This document shows, in pieces, positions 46,895-56,908 of a stretch of 64,000 bases of DNA. Positions within the stretch are counted from its first letter, which is position 1, and every line of letters starts with the position of its first letter. The position numbers and the translations under genes were made by a program. The stretch lies in contig CAVTWU010000017.1 in assembly GCA_963738475.1 (NCBI GenBank), forward strand, positions 141,064 to 205,063, written 5' to 3'. Below the pieces are notes generated by a model, which did not search any database, was not told where the DNA came from, and worked only from the letters and a program-made list of their open reading frames with translations. This DNA is from an uncultured Chloroflexia bacterium. Lineage in GTDB: Bacteria > Chloroflexota > Limnocylindria > Limnocylindrales > CSP1-4.

Positions 46895-49800
46895 GCTGAG
46901 CCCCTTGCCCCCGGCCTCCACGAAGCGTTGGTTACCGAGGCGATCGCCCAATCTATAGCCGCGCGGGAGCTCGAGGGTTGGTGGGCAGATGTCGCCAACG
47001 CGGACCCGGCCCTCCTACCTGACCTTCTGGCGCGCTATGTGCATGACGTCGCCCGTCGCTCGATTGCGAGCATGCGTGGCGACGATGACGCCAAACTCCT
47101 CGCCCAGGTAGCCGTTGTCAACACCCTGCTCCGGGTACTCCGAGAGTCGGCGCCGGACGGTGTCGTCATAGAACTCGACAACGTCGCGGACGGATCTAGA
47201 GTCCTCCGGGAGGTTCGGCCGCCGAGTCTTGCGCCGATCGTCCGAAGGCCGACGCGCCGACCAATGATCTCGCTTCGAGAGAGCGCCCTCCTAGTCAACG
47301 GTCACCGGGACTACCAAATCGGATCCGAAGTTGTTCGGGAACTCGAGAGCGCCGACCGGGTCGATCTGCTGAGCGCCTTCGTCCGATTTGCAGGTCTCCG
47401 GCTGGTTCGAGAACAACTAGCGGCCTTTGTAGGACGTGGCGGCCAGCTTCGAGTCATCACCAGCGTCTACACGGGCTCAACTGAGAAGAAGGCACTTGAC
47501 GCGATCGTCTCGATCGGAGGCGAGGTCAAGGTCTCCTACGAGACCTCCCAGACGCGGTTGCACGCCAAGGCCTGGCTGTTCAAGAGAGACTCAGGCTTTC
47601 ATACCGCATACATCGGATCGTCCAATCTCACGCACTCGGCCCTGGTCGAGGGTCTCGAGTGGAACGTGCGTGTTAGCGAAGTCGACAACCCAGCAATCGT
47701 TGAACGTGTCGGTGCGGCATTTGAGCAATATTGGAATGAGCCTGAGTTCGTCTCGTATGACCCCGATGTCGATGGCGAGCGACTCGCCAACGCCCTTTCG
47801 AGTCAGAAGGGTGGCGACAAGGACCAAGGGCTCGAATCCATACTTGCGCTCAACTTGGAGTTTGAGCCCAAGTCGCATCAATCCCAGATGCTCGAGGCGC
47901 TCGAGGCAGAACGGCGCCACGGCTATCGACGCAATCTCGTAGTTGCGGCCACGGGCACCGGTAAGACCTGGGTTTCGGCCTTTGACTTTCGGAGGCTTCA
48001 GGCCTCCGGTCTGAGCAGACTTCTCTTCGTCGCTCATCGAGACGAGATCTTGCGACAGAGCCAGCAGGTCTTCCAACTAGTGCTGCGGGACTCCGCCTTC
48101 GGGGAGCGGTTCATCGCCGATGAGCGCCCCGTCGTCGGCGAGCATGTCTTCGCTTCGATCCAGTCGTTGGCGCGTCACATCGACGAGATGGATCCACGAG
48201 CGTGGGACGTGGTGATCGTCGACGAGTTTCACCACGCTGAGGCGGCAACTTACAAGAGACTGCTCGAGCACCTGCAGCCGAGGGTCCTGGTTGGCCTCAC
48301 GGCGACGCCAGAGCGCGCCGATGGAAAGTCGATCCTCCACTACTTCGATGACCGGATCGCGTGTGACCTGCGCCTCTGGCAGGCCCTCGACGAAGGATTG
48401 CTGGCACCGTTCCACTACTTCGGCATCAACGACGGTACCGACCTTCGAGATGTCGGGTTCACTCGGGGGCAGTACGCAATCGGCGAGCTTGAGGGTGTCT
48501 ACACGACAGACTCGAATCGAGTTGCCCGCATCATCGATGCGGTTACCAAGGAAGTCCCAGACCCGCGAACGATGCGGGCACTTGGATTCTGCGTCGGGGT
48601 GAGCCATGCGACGTTCATGGCGCAGGAGTTCTCACGGGCTGGACTCCCCTCGATCGTTCTGAGCGGGACATCGACGTCGGAGGACCGTGCGTCCGGAATC
48701 CGCAAACTGCGTCGAGGCGAGATCCGGGCGATCTTCACGGTGGACCTCTTCAACGAAGGCGTCGACATACCTGAGGTCGACACCGTTCTGATGTTGCGAC
48801 CGACGGAGAGCGCGACTGTCTTTCTGCAGCAGCTTGGCCGGGGCCTCCGTCACGCACCCGGAAAGTCGGTCCTGACAGTGCTCGACTTCATTGGACAGGC
48901 TCATCAAAGCTATCGCTTCGACGTTCGATTTCGAGCCTTGGTCGGCGGCACGAGGAAGCAGGTGGCATCGGCGATCGAGGAGGGGTTCCCGCTCACGCCT
49001 CCAGGATGCGCAATTCGCCTTGATCGCATTGCTGCCTCCTACGTGCTTGAGAACATCCGGGCCAGCCTTCACGCGGGCCGGCGCCTCCTCGTGGACGATC
49101 TCAAGTCCCTCCCGCCAACCACGACCCTGGGTGAGTACATCGACCGGTCCGGCCATGACCTGGACGAGATCTACGCCAGTCCGAGCGCGGGGCACTCCTT
49201 CACGGACATTCGACGCCGGGCTGGCTTTCTTGAGTCGGTGCGCGAGGACGTCAGCTTGGAGCGTGCGATCGGCAGAACGCTGCATGTGGACGATGACGAG
49301 CGACTAGGCACCTGGATCGAATGGCTGGCACGGGACTCAAGCCCGCCCACCTTTCCGCTCGAAAGTCGAGACGGCCGGCTCCAGCTGATGCTCCACGCCG
49401 TTATCGGCCAACGCGGTCGCGCCGTCAGCCAACGAGCCGAGGTGCTCGCCGAGATGTGGGCGACGCCGATTCGCCGGGAGTATCTGGAGCTGTTCAGGCT
49501 GCTCCGAGATCGCTCACGGGCCAATTCGGTCGCGATCGATCCCGAAGGACTCATCCCCATTCACAGTCATGCCACCTACGGCCTGTACGAGATCGTCGCG
49601 GCCTACGGATTGATAAACAAGGACCAGCTACGTGAGACGCGAGAGGGTGTCATTTGGGCCAAGACGAGCCTCACTGACTTGCTCTTTGTGACGCTAGATA
49701 AGTCCGATGCCGAGTACTCCGTGACAACGCGCTATCAGGACTACCCGATCTCGCCGACCCTCTTCCACTGGGAGTCCCAGAACGCCACGGCTGCGTCCTC

Positions 49801-50026
49801 CGAAACCGGACGACGTTATGTCGAGCACCGTGACCGTGGCTCGAGCGTCGTGCTGTTTGTGCGGACTCGAAAGAGCGACGATCGGGGTCAAACCGCTCCG
49901 TATGTGTGCCTGGGTGGTGCCAAGTACGTCCAACACGAGTCGGAGCGGCCCATGCGCATCACCTGGTCCCTCGATCGCGGCATGCCGCCCGAGTTGTTCC
50001 AGTCTTCCAAGGTTGCCGCTGGCTAG
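46895..50026 (+). CDS. PLD-family (HKD) nuclease, SF2 DEAD/DEAH helicase and DUF3427 fusion protein; intact, lower GC; candidate stand-alone defence gene
   Basis: The HKD motif reads RLHAKAWLFKRDSGFHTAYIGSSNLTHSAL. Helicase motif I reads VVAATGTGKTW, motif II VIVDEFHHAE, motif III LTATPER and motif VI QQLGRGLRH. The C-terminal region is DUF3427-like, ending ISPTLFHWESQNATAASSETGRRYVEH...VCLGGAKYV. The 1043-aa reading has no frameshift and GC is about 60% against about 72% in the flanks. Confidence 0.8.
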   Translation, partial: AEPLAPGLHEALVTEAIAQSIAARELEGWWADVANADPALLPDLLARYVHDVARRSIASMRGDDDAKLLAQVAVVNTLLRVLRESAPDGVVIELDNVADGSRVLREVRPPSLAPIVRRPTRRPMISLRESALLVNGHRDYQIGSEVVRELESADRVDLLSAFVRFAGLRLVREQLAAFVGRGGQLRVITSVYTGSTEKKALDAIVSIGGEVKVSYETSQTRLHAKAWLFKRDSGFHTAYIGSSNLTHSALVEGLEWNVRVSEVDNPAIVERVGAAFEQYWNEPEFVSYDPDVDGERLANALSSQKGGDKDQGLESILALNLEFEPKSHQSQMLEALEAERRHGYRRNLVVAATGTGKTWVSAFDFRRLQASGLSRLLFVAHRDEILRQSQQVFQLVLRDSAFGERFIADERPVVGEHVFASIQSLARHIDEMDPRAWDVVIVDEFHHAEAATYKRLLEHLQPRVLVGLTATPERADGKSILHYFDDRIACDLRLWQALDEGLLAPFHYFGINDGTDLRDVGFTRGQYAIGELEGVYTTDSNRVARIIDAVTKEVPDPRTMRALGFCVGVSHATFMAQEFSRAGLPSIVLSGTSTSEDRASGIRKLRRGEIRAIFTVDLFNEGVDIPEVDTVLMLRPTESATVFLQQLGRGLRHAPGKSVLTVLDFIGQAHQSYRFDVRFRALVGGTRKQVASAIEEGFPLTPPGCAIRLDRIAASYVLENIRASLHAGRRLLVDDLKSLPPTTTLGEYIDRSGHDLDEIYASPSAGHSFTDIRRRAGFLESVREDVSLERAIGRTLHVDDDERLGTWIEWLARDSSPPTFPLESRDGRLQLMLHAVIGQRGRAVSQRAEVLAEMWATPIRREYLELFRLLRDRSRANSVAIDPEGLIPIHSHATYGLYEIVAAYGLINKDQLRETREGVIWAKTSLTDLLFVTLDKSDAEYSVTTRYQDYPISPTLFHWESQNATAASSETGRRYVEHRDRGSSVVLFVRTRKSDDRGQTAPYVCLGGAKYVQHESERPMRITWSLDRGMPPELFQSSKVAAG

Positions 50027-50036
50027 TCGCGCGACG

Positions 50037-50297
50037 TCACCAGCCCAGGCCGAGCTCCGGGTAGCGCTCGGCCAGCTCCTCGAGCGTGAACGACCCGACG
50101 CCGAGACGGGCTTCGGTGCCGTCCAGGTCCGTGATGACGGCGTCGGCCAGCAGTTCGGTGTCGCCCGGGTGGAGCTCGATCCGTTCGAGCACGAGACGGA
50201 CGATCTTGGGCAGGCCGGCGAGGACTTCCTCGCGCAGCTCGGCGCCGTGGATGCGAATGACCAGGTTCAGTGCCCAGAGGCGGCTGATCGATCCCAT
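50037..50297 (-). CDS. Hypothetical 86-aa protein convergent on the helicase gene
   Basis: The ORF reads MGSISRLWALNLVIRIHGAELREEVLAGLPKIVRLVLERIELHPGD...; no family was recognised. Confidence 0.3.
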   Translation of the reverse strand: MGSISRLWALNLVIRIHGAELREEVLAGLPKIVRLVLERIELHPGDTELLADAVITDLDGTEARLGVGSFTLEELAERYPELGLGW

Positions 50298-50350
50298 GGC
50301 CTGACGCTACCCGGATCCGCGGCGATCGTCGATCGTGCAGATCGCACAGA

Positions 50351-50611
50351 TCAGGCCCAGCGAACGTGTTCGGCGTGGTCGCGACCGAAGGCTCGGCGAC
50401 ATGGGCACCAGCCGGACGACGTGAACTTGCCGCAGCCGGTCGTGTCGCGACCGTGGAACTCGACCAGGTGGTCGCAGCGGCGACAGATGTCGTTCGGATG
50501 CGGGTCGACCGAGGCGTGGCAGCGGCGACAGAACGTCCCATCGATCGGCAGTCCATCGGGGTCGTCCGTTGGAACGACAGAACGCTCGCATCGCCACGCG
50601 CCCCGGATCAT
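50351..50611 (-). CDS. Small Cys-rich zinc-ribbon-like protein
   Basis: FCRRCHASVDPHPNDICRRCDHLVEFHGRDTTGCGKFTSSGWCPC has paired CxxC motifs. GC at codon third positions is 18 of 20 in this frame against 8 of 20 and 14 of 20 in the other two. Confidence 0.45.
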   Translation of the reverse strand: MIRGAWRCERSVVPTDDPDGLPIDGTFCRRCHASVDPHPNDICRRCDHLVEFHGRDTTGCGKFTSSGWCPCRRAFGRDHAEHVRWA

Positions 50612-50643
50612 GGTCCAAGCCTGCCCGGATCGACCGGGATCGT

Positions 50644-51912
50644 CTAGAACGGGGTCGAGTTCCAGGGCTTGACCGCGGTCACGAACAGGGCGTCGGCCGC
50701 GGCGATCGCGCCGTCACGCAACTCCGTGATCCGGCCCGCGCGAGCGAGTTCCGCGAACGTGAACGCACCCAGGTAGAGCGTGCTGAGCGCGGAGATGTCG
50801 AGCGCGAGGTCGGCCGCCGCGTCAGCCGCGCCAGCCGCGACCGCCTCCACCGAGGCGACCGCTCCCCCACCCGGAACGGTCAACCGCCACGTGCCGGCGT
50901 TCCACGGGCAGAACTCGTCGGTCAGCTCGAACGTCACGGACCCGGCGCCCGCGTAGGACCGACCTTCCAGCGCCGGCGCGACGTCCAGGATCCGGAGCCA
51001 CATCTCGTCGTTGACCTGGAGGCCCAGGCGGCGTGGTTCGGTCAGCTGGAGCATCAGGGGATGCGGCACGGGCTGGCGGTGGCCCTTGACGCTGGCGACC
51101 AGGTCCACCCGGAACAGCCACTGCCACATGGCCTGTTCGTCCTCGGGGTCGATGCCGTTGAGCTCGAGGACGCGCATCGCGTTCTTCGGGCCGCGAGGCT
51201 CCCAGTCCGCCTTGATCCGGTAGATGGCGTAGGCCCTGGGCTTGCCGTCCACTTCCAGCACGGCCATCGACTTGGGCCCGCTGCCGGCTCGCATGTACTC
51301 GGCGTCATAGGCCATGCCCCAGCGCCAGGTGGTCTCGCAGCGGTCCAGGGCGCCGGGCGTCCGCCGCCGGACGGCGTCGTAGACCGCGGGGAACAAGGCG
51401 GTCGCTTCCTCCGTATCGACGAAGCGGAACTGCCCGGACGTCTGCACCGGCCGCAGGAACGTGGCCCGAAGCGGCTCGATCTCGAACTCGCTGCGCAGGC
51501 TCGCGATGCCATACCCGAAGCGCTGGTAGATCGCCGCCTCGGAGGCGCCCAGGATGGCGACCGGCTCGCCACGTTCCCGCGCCTGGGCGACCAGCCAGGT
51601 CATCATCCGTCGCAGGACCCCACGCCGGGTATGGGTCGGCAGGACCCCGACGATGGTGACGCCCGCGGCCCCGATCTCGCCGCCCGGCACGGTCAGCCGG
51701 AACGTGTAGGCGCCGGCGACTCCCACCTGGAGCTCTCCGTCGAAGGCGCCGACGACCCGGTCGCGCTCGAGATGCCGCTCCTCGAGCTGCAGCTCGTCGT
51801 CCGACATCGACTCGCCGAAGGCGATCGGCAGCGGCTTGAGGAACTCGAGGACCTGCCCCTCCCCGGGCGAGCGCAACGTGATGGGGTCCTGGGTCACGAC
51901 ATCGTCTGGCAC
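50644..51912 (-). CDS. eis: Eis-like GNAT acetyltransferase with a C-terminal SCP2-like domain; intact
   Basis: The 422-aa ORF has the GNAT core VTIVGVLPTHTRRGVLRRMMTWLVAQARERGEPVAILGASEAAIYQRFGY and the Eis-type tail FELTDEFCPWNAGTWRL. Confidence 0.7.
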   Translation of the reverse strand: MPDDVVTQDPITLRSPGEGQVLEFLKPLPIAFGESMSDDELQLEERHLERDRVVGAFDGELQVGVAGAYTFRLTVPGGEIGAAGVTIVGVLPTHTRRGVLRRMMTWLVAQARERGEPVAILGASEAAIYQRFGYGIASLRSEFEIEPLRATFLRPVQTSGQFRFVDTEEATALFPAVYDAVRRRTPGALDRCETTWRWGMAYDAEYMRAGSGPKSMAVLEVDGKPRAYAIYRIKADWEPRGPKNAMRVLELNGIDPEDEQAMWQWLFRVDLVASVKGHRQPVPHPLMLQLTEPRRLGLQVNDEMWLRILDVAPALEGRSYAGAGSVTFELTDEFCPWNAGTWRLTVPGGGAVASVEAVAAGAADAAADLALDISALSTLYLGAFTFAELARAGRITELRDGAIAAADALFVTAVKPWNSTPF

Positions 51913-51950
51913 GGCGCCATCCTGCCACGGTTGCGTCTCACCCGGTCACG

Positions 51951-52265
51951 ATGTATACATACATCGTCATGGAACGCACGCAGATCTACCTCACCACCGC
52001 GCAGACGACCGAGCTGGACAAGCGCGCCCAGCAACAGGGCACGACGCGCTCACATCTCATCCGCGAGGCCGTCGAGACCTACCTGGGCCCCACCTGGGAC
52101 GCCGAGGCGTTCAAGGCGGCGCTGGACCGGTTTGCCGGCGTGTGGGCCGACCGGGACGACATCGACGAGATCCACGAAGGGATGCGCGAAGCCGGGCGAC
52201 GCAAGATGAAGCAGCTCTACCCCGACTATGGCTCGGAAGCCGATGACGCTGACGATCGTCGATAG
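51951..52265 (+). CDS. Ribbon-helix-helix (CopG/VapB-like) antitoxin
   Basis: MERTQIYLTTAQTTELDKRAQQQGTTRSHLIREAVETYL is the RHH motif. Confidence 0.6.
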   Translation: MYTYIVMERTQIYLTTAQTTELDKRAQQQGTTRSHLIREAVETYLGPTWDAEAFKAALDRFAGVWADRDDIDEIHEGMREAGRRKMKQLYPDYGSEADDADDRR

Positions 52266-52627
52266 CACCGTCCTCATCGACGCCAGTCCGAGAGCGGACC
52301 GACCGCCCTCGGGTTCCTGGCGCAGGCGGCCGAGGCCGGGCCGGTGTGCGAGCTCGGTGGTCGTGCGGACCGAGCTGTGGTCGGCGCCAAGCCGGACGAG
52401 GTGGCGCGGCATCGCGGTCTTGTTCGACCGGATCGAGTGGCACGACGTCACGCATGTCGATCGCCGACCTCGCAGCGACAGCTCGGTGCGCCATATCGGC
52501 GCAGTCATCGGATCGATGCCGTAGACCTGATCGTCGCGGCGACGGCTATCGAGCTCGGAGGCGTCTGTCGCGACACTGAACGTCCGTGACTTCCCGATGT
52601 TCCCGGGACTGCAGCCGCCGTACTGAC
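52228..52627 (+). CDS. vapC: PIN-domain toxin (VapC-like); frameshifted
   Basis: The N-terminus reads MTLTIVDSTVLIDASP. It continues in another frame as RIDAVDLIVAATAIELGGV. Its start overlaps the antitoxin stop. Confidence 0.5.
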
Positions 52628-52629
52628 GG

Positions 52630-55428
52630 CTAGACCGGCGGCAGCTCCTGGGCGTCGGTCTGGGCCGCGGCGAACAGGTCGCCCACCTCCGCGACGCGCT
52701 CCGCGATCGTGCGGATCGTCCAGCGGTCCGGGCGCAGGTCCGGGTCGTCCAGCTCGTCCCAGGTGATCGGGGCGGACACCGGGGCGCCACGGGACGGGCG
52801 CACGGCATACGGCGCGACGAGGGTCTTGATGCTCGCGTTCTGGGTGTAGTCGAGGCGGGCCTTGCCCTTGCGGGCCTCCTTGGCCCACTCCCAGCTGACG
52901 AGGTCCGGGACGGTCGAGCCAACGGCCTTCGACACCCGCTCGACCCAGCCGCTCGTCTCCTCGAACGAGTACTTCGGCACGATCGGGATCCAGACCTGGA
53001 TGCCGCGCTTGCCGGTCGTCTTGGGATAGCCGCGGACGCCGAGGTGGCCCAGCGCGGTCCGATAGAGCCGCGCGAGGACGAGCGTCTCGTCCCAGGTCGT
53101 CTTCTCGCCGGGATCGATGTCGATGAGCGCGAACGTCGGGCTCCACGGCTCGGGCAGCTTCCCGGTCCAGGCGTGGATCTCGAAGCTGGCCTGGTTGCCG
53201 AGCCAGCACAGGGCCGCCACGCCGTCGGCGATGAGGTGCTCGTTGGCGCTCCGGTCCGTCCGGCCGTCGACGCCGGTCTCGCGCCAGCGGGTCAGCCACT
53301 TCGGGGCGGTCTCCGGGATGTCCTTCTGCCAGAACCCGGGCGCCTCGGCGCCGTTGGGGAAGCGCTGGAGGTTGAGCGGCCGGTCCGCGAGGTGCGGCAG
53401 CATGACCGGCGCGATCCGGGCGAAGTAGCGGATGAGGTCGCGCTTGGTGATCGGCGTGTCGCCGGCGTCGTCCGTCGCGGGGCGGAACAGCGGCTTGTCC
53501 AGGTTGGTGAGCTTCAGTTCCTGCGCCACCGACCTGCCAGACGCCTTCCTTGCCGAGGGCCTCGAGAGCGGCGAGTTCGTCCTCGGTCGCGCCAGGAAAC
53601 GCGGGCGCGGCGGCGCGGCCTCGACTTCGGCGCGATCCCGGCCTTGGGCTTGGCGCTCGAGTCGCCTTCGGCTCGTTCGGGGTCGGCTTCGAGGTCGTCA
53701 TCGGTGTCTCATCTTCGGCCTTCTTGACGGCCGATGCCGTCTCGACCGCCACCTCGCGCGTGACCTCGCGCGGATCGCGTCCCGACTCGATGCCCTTGAA
53801 GGCGGCCTGGCGGACCATCCCGTCGCGCGACCAGCCGGCCGATTCGACCCGGATGACGAGCTCCGGACGGACCCACACGACGGACTTCAGCTCGCCGCCC
53901 CACCGCCCGCGATGGTCGCGCGACGGCGCCGGATCGAACGGCGGGTCATCGGGGCCGAGCTCCAGCTCGTCCAGGCGCTCGCGCAGCGCTCGGCGCGTCT
54001 TCGCATCGAAGCCGGACCCGACCTTGCCGGCGAACTTGAGCGCGTCGCCCTCGTAGACGCCGACGACGACGGCCCCGAGATCGCGGGCGTTCCCCTCCCC
54101 CGGCGTCCAGCCACCGACGACGAACTCCTGCTCCGGCCGGATCTTCAGCTTCAGCCAGGCGGACGACCGCTTGCCGGGTTCGTAGCGCGAGTTCCGGAGC
54201 TTGGCGACGACGCCCTCGAGGCCCTGGCTGGCGGCCGCCGCGTGGAAGGCGAGCCCCTCACCCTCGATGTGGGCGGCGTAGCGGACGCGCGGGTGGTCCT
54301 TGAGCACGCTCTTGAGCAGGCGCTTGCGGTCCTCGAGCGGGACGTCGAGGAGCGACCGACCGTCGAGGTAGAGCAGGTCGAACGCCTGGTAGACGAGGCC
54401 CGGCGGCGCCCTTCTGGCCGAGCCGCTCCTGGAGGAGGCCGAAGTCGGGGCGGCCGGCGTCGTCGAGCGCGACGACCTCGCCATCGACGATGGCCTCGTC
54501 GGCCACGATCCAGGTCGGCGGGGAGAGGAGCCTCGGGAAGTAGGTCTCGGCGTCGTGCATGTTGCGGGTCAGGATCTTGACGGTCTTGTCCTTGACGACG
54601 GCCTGGACGCGATAGCCGTCCCACTTGATCTCGAACAGCCAGCGCGGGTCGCTGAACGGCTTGGACGCGAGGGTCGCGAGCATCGGGTCGATGCGGGCGG
54701 GCATCGGGGCGACCTTGGCCTTGCTCAGGTCGATCTCGGCGGCGGCGGCCGGGGCCTCGCTCAGCCAGATCGCGTCGCGGTCCGCCTTGACGTCGTCGTT
54801 CGTGCGGCCGGTCTTGACGCTCTGCGGGTGATCCTCGGCGTCCCAGCCCTTGACCGACGCCTCGTCGCGCTTGTGGATGAGCAGCCAGGCCTCGCCCTCG
54901 TCGTCCTCGAAGGCGCGCGCGGCGGGGTCGTCGCCCTTGCGCTTGCGGCCGCTGGTCCGGACGATCGTGAACCGGCCGTGGAGCTTCTCGCCATCGAGCT
55001 TGAACTTGAGTTCGCCGGCCGGGATCGAGGTGATGGCGTCCGTGGTGGGCGCCTCCGACTCCCACGTGCCCCAGTCCCACACGATCACGTCGCCGGCGCC
55101 GTACTGCTTGGACGGGATGACGCCCTCGAAGTCGAAGTACTCGATGGGGTGGTCCTCGACGTGCATCGCCATGCGCCGCTGGTCCGGGTCCAGCGTGGGG
55201 CCGCGCGGCACGGCCCAGCTCACGAGGACGCCACCGACCTCCAGCCGGAAGTCGTAGTGGAGGCGGCTGGCGCGGTGGCGCTGGACGACGTAGCGGCCAC
55301 TCGTCGCGGGGACGTGGGGCGCGTCAGGCGGGTGCGCGCCCGCATCCTTGGCGCCCGCGGGCTCGGGCGTCTGCGCGAAGTCGCGTTTGCGGTGGTAGTC
55401 GTGGAGCGGCACGGTCGCAGTGTGCCGT
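52630..55428 (-). CDS. ligD: Multidomain NHEJ ligase LigD (3-prime-phosphoesterase, ATP-dependent ligase and primase-polymerase domains); frameshifted
   Basis: The PE domain reads LHDYHRKRDFAQTPEP...RYVVQRHRASRLHYDFRLE...WAVPRGP. The ligase domain reads PMLATLASKPFSDPRWLFEIKWDGYRVQ. The polymerase domain reads QELKLTNLDKPLFRP...DRPLNLQRFPNG...WIPIVP with a stop at 52630. Confidence 0.8.
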
Positions 55429-55533
55429 ATCGCCGCTGGCGCTGGCGCTGGCGCTCGCTCGGCCGGACCGCGAGCCTGACCCTCCGGACACGAGGTCCCG
55501 GAAACGACCCTGTCGCGATGGTTTCGATCAAGC

Positions 55534-55701
55534 GGAACCATCTCGGGAGCCGCAGCGGAGCGCGTCAACTGGCACGATTCCGCTTGCCTGGAACCATCTC
55601 GAGAGCCGCAGCGGAGGCCAACTAGTTCCGCTTGCCTGGAACCATCTCGAGAGCCGCAGCGGAGGCCAACTAGTTCCGCTTGTCTGGAACCATCTCGAGA
55701 G
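55534..55701. repeat. Tandem direct repeat: one 56-bp unit, two near-identical 48-bp units and a 16-bp partial unit, in the ku-ligD intergenic region
   Basis: Seen directly: GGAACCATCTCGAGAGCCGCAGCGGAGGCCAACTAGTTCCGCTTGCCT starts at 55590 and repeats at 55638 with 1 mismatch. The 56-bp variant sits at 55534 and a partial unit at 55686. Each unit carries GGAAC...GTTCC and CCGCAGCGG palindromes. A (GCGCTG)4 run lies just upstream at about 55437. Confidence 0.7.
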
Positions 55702-55766
55702 TGACTTCCAGGGAGAGGTGTTCCCCCGAGTCGCGGGCGGGCGCGACGTCGAGGAGCGACCGCCGG

Positions 55767-56789
55767 TCAGGCGGACTTGCGGCGCCGGGCGGGCTTGGCG
55801 GGCGCCTCGTCCTCGGCCTCGGCGTCGGCTTCGGCTCGGCCGTCGCCTTGGCCGCCGTCGCGCTCTTGGCGGGCGCCTTGGCCTTCGCCGGCGACGACTT
55901 CGCGGCCGACGACTTCGCCGCCTTCGCCGCCGTGGCCGCCTCCGCGTCCCGTGCCTCGCGGACCTCCGCGACGGACACCGGCTCGCCGCCGGCCGCGGCG
56001 GTCCGCGCGGTCGTCGCGGACTTGACCGACGCCTCCAGCGCGGCCATCAGGTCGATCAGCTTGCCGGACTCCTCGGGCGCATCGACCGAGACCGTCTCCT
56101 TGCCCTCGACCTTGGCCTGGATGACGGCCTCCAGCGCGGCCCGGTACTCGTCCTTGTACGAGCCGGCATCGAAGTCGCCGGTCATCGCCTCGACGAGCTG
56201 CCGGGCCATCAGCCAGCTCGGCCGGCTTGAACGTGAACTCCTCATCGCCGAGGTCCAGCTCGGCCGTCGAGCGGATCTCGTCCGGCCAGTGGAGCGTGGT
56301 CATGAGCATCGTGTCGCCGAAGGGGTCGATCGCGGCCAGCGCCTCGCGGTCCTTGATGACGACCTTGCAGATGGCCGTCAGGCCCTCGTCCTCGAGCACG
56401 GAGCGCAGCAGGTAGAACGCCTTGCGGCCGACCTTGTCGGGCTCCAGGTAGTAGGCGCTCTTGACGAAGCGGACGTTGGCGTCGTCGCGCTCGGCCTTGG
56501 TGAACTGCTCGATCTCGATCGATCGGACGGTCTTGAGCGGGACGTTGTCGAGGTCCTCGTCCGTGATGACCACGTACTCGCCGGGCGAGTATTCGTAGCC
56601 CTTGACCGTCTCCGACCGCGAGATGACCTCGTCCTCGACCGGGCAGACGATCTTCATCTGGATCCGGGACAGGTCGTCCTTGTGGAGCATGTTGAAGGCG
56701 ATGCCCTTGGATTCGGTCGCCAGGTAGAGCTTCACCGGGATGGTGACGAGCCCGAACTGGATGGCCCCCTTCCACATCGCTCGCGCCAC
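55767..56789 (-). CDS. ku: Ku DNA-end-binding protein with a Lys/Ala-rich C-terminal tail
   Basis: MARAMWKGAIQFGLVTIPVKLYLATESKGIAFNMLHKDD..., with the tail KAAKSSAAKSSPAKAKAPAKSATAAKA. There is one frameshift. Confidence 0.85.
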   Translation of the reverse strand: MARAMWKGAIQFGLVTIPVKLYLATESKGIAFNMLHKDDLSRIQMKIVCPVEDEVISRSETVKGYEYSPGEYVVITDEDLDNVPLKTVRSIEIEQFTKAERDDANVRFVKSAYYLEPDKVGRKAFYLLRSVLEDEGLTAICKVVIKDREALAAIDPFGDTMLMTTLHWPDEIRSTAELDLGDEEFTFKPAELADGPAARRGDDRRLRCRLVQGRVPGRAGGRHPGQGRGQGDGLGRCARGVRQADRPDGRAGGVGQVRDDRADRRGRRRAGVRRGGPRGTGRGGGHGGEGGEVVGREVVAGEGQGARQERDGGQGDGRAEADAEAEDEAPAKPARRRKSA

Positions 56790-56908
56790 GACTGACCTCC
56801 GCCTCTAGAAGCCGAGCGGACCCAGGTTCACCGGCCAGGGTCGTCGGGACGACACCTTAGCGCACGCGCGCAAGCGGGGCCTTGCAGCGCGGCCGGCGGT
56901 CGCGAGCC

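Noticed and set aside
55534-55701. Possible CRISPR array in the ku-ligD gap
   Set aside because: The units are contiguous and near-identical (48 bp head to tail) with no unique spacers between them. This is a tandem minisatellite, not a repeat-spacer array.
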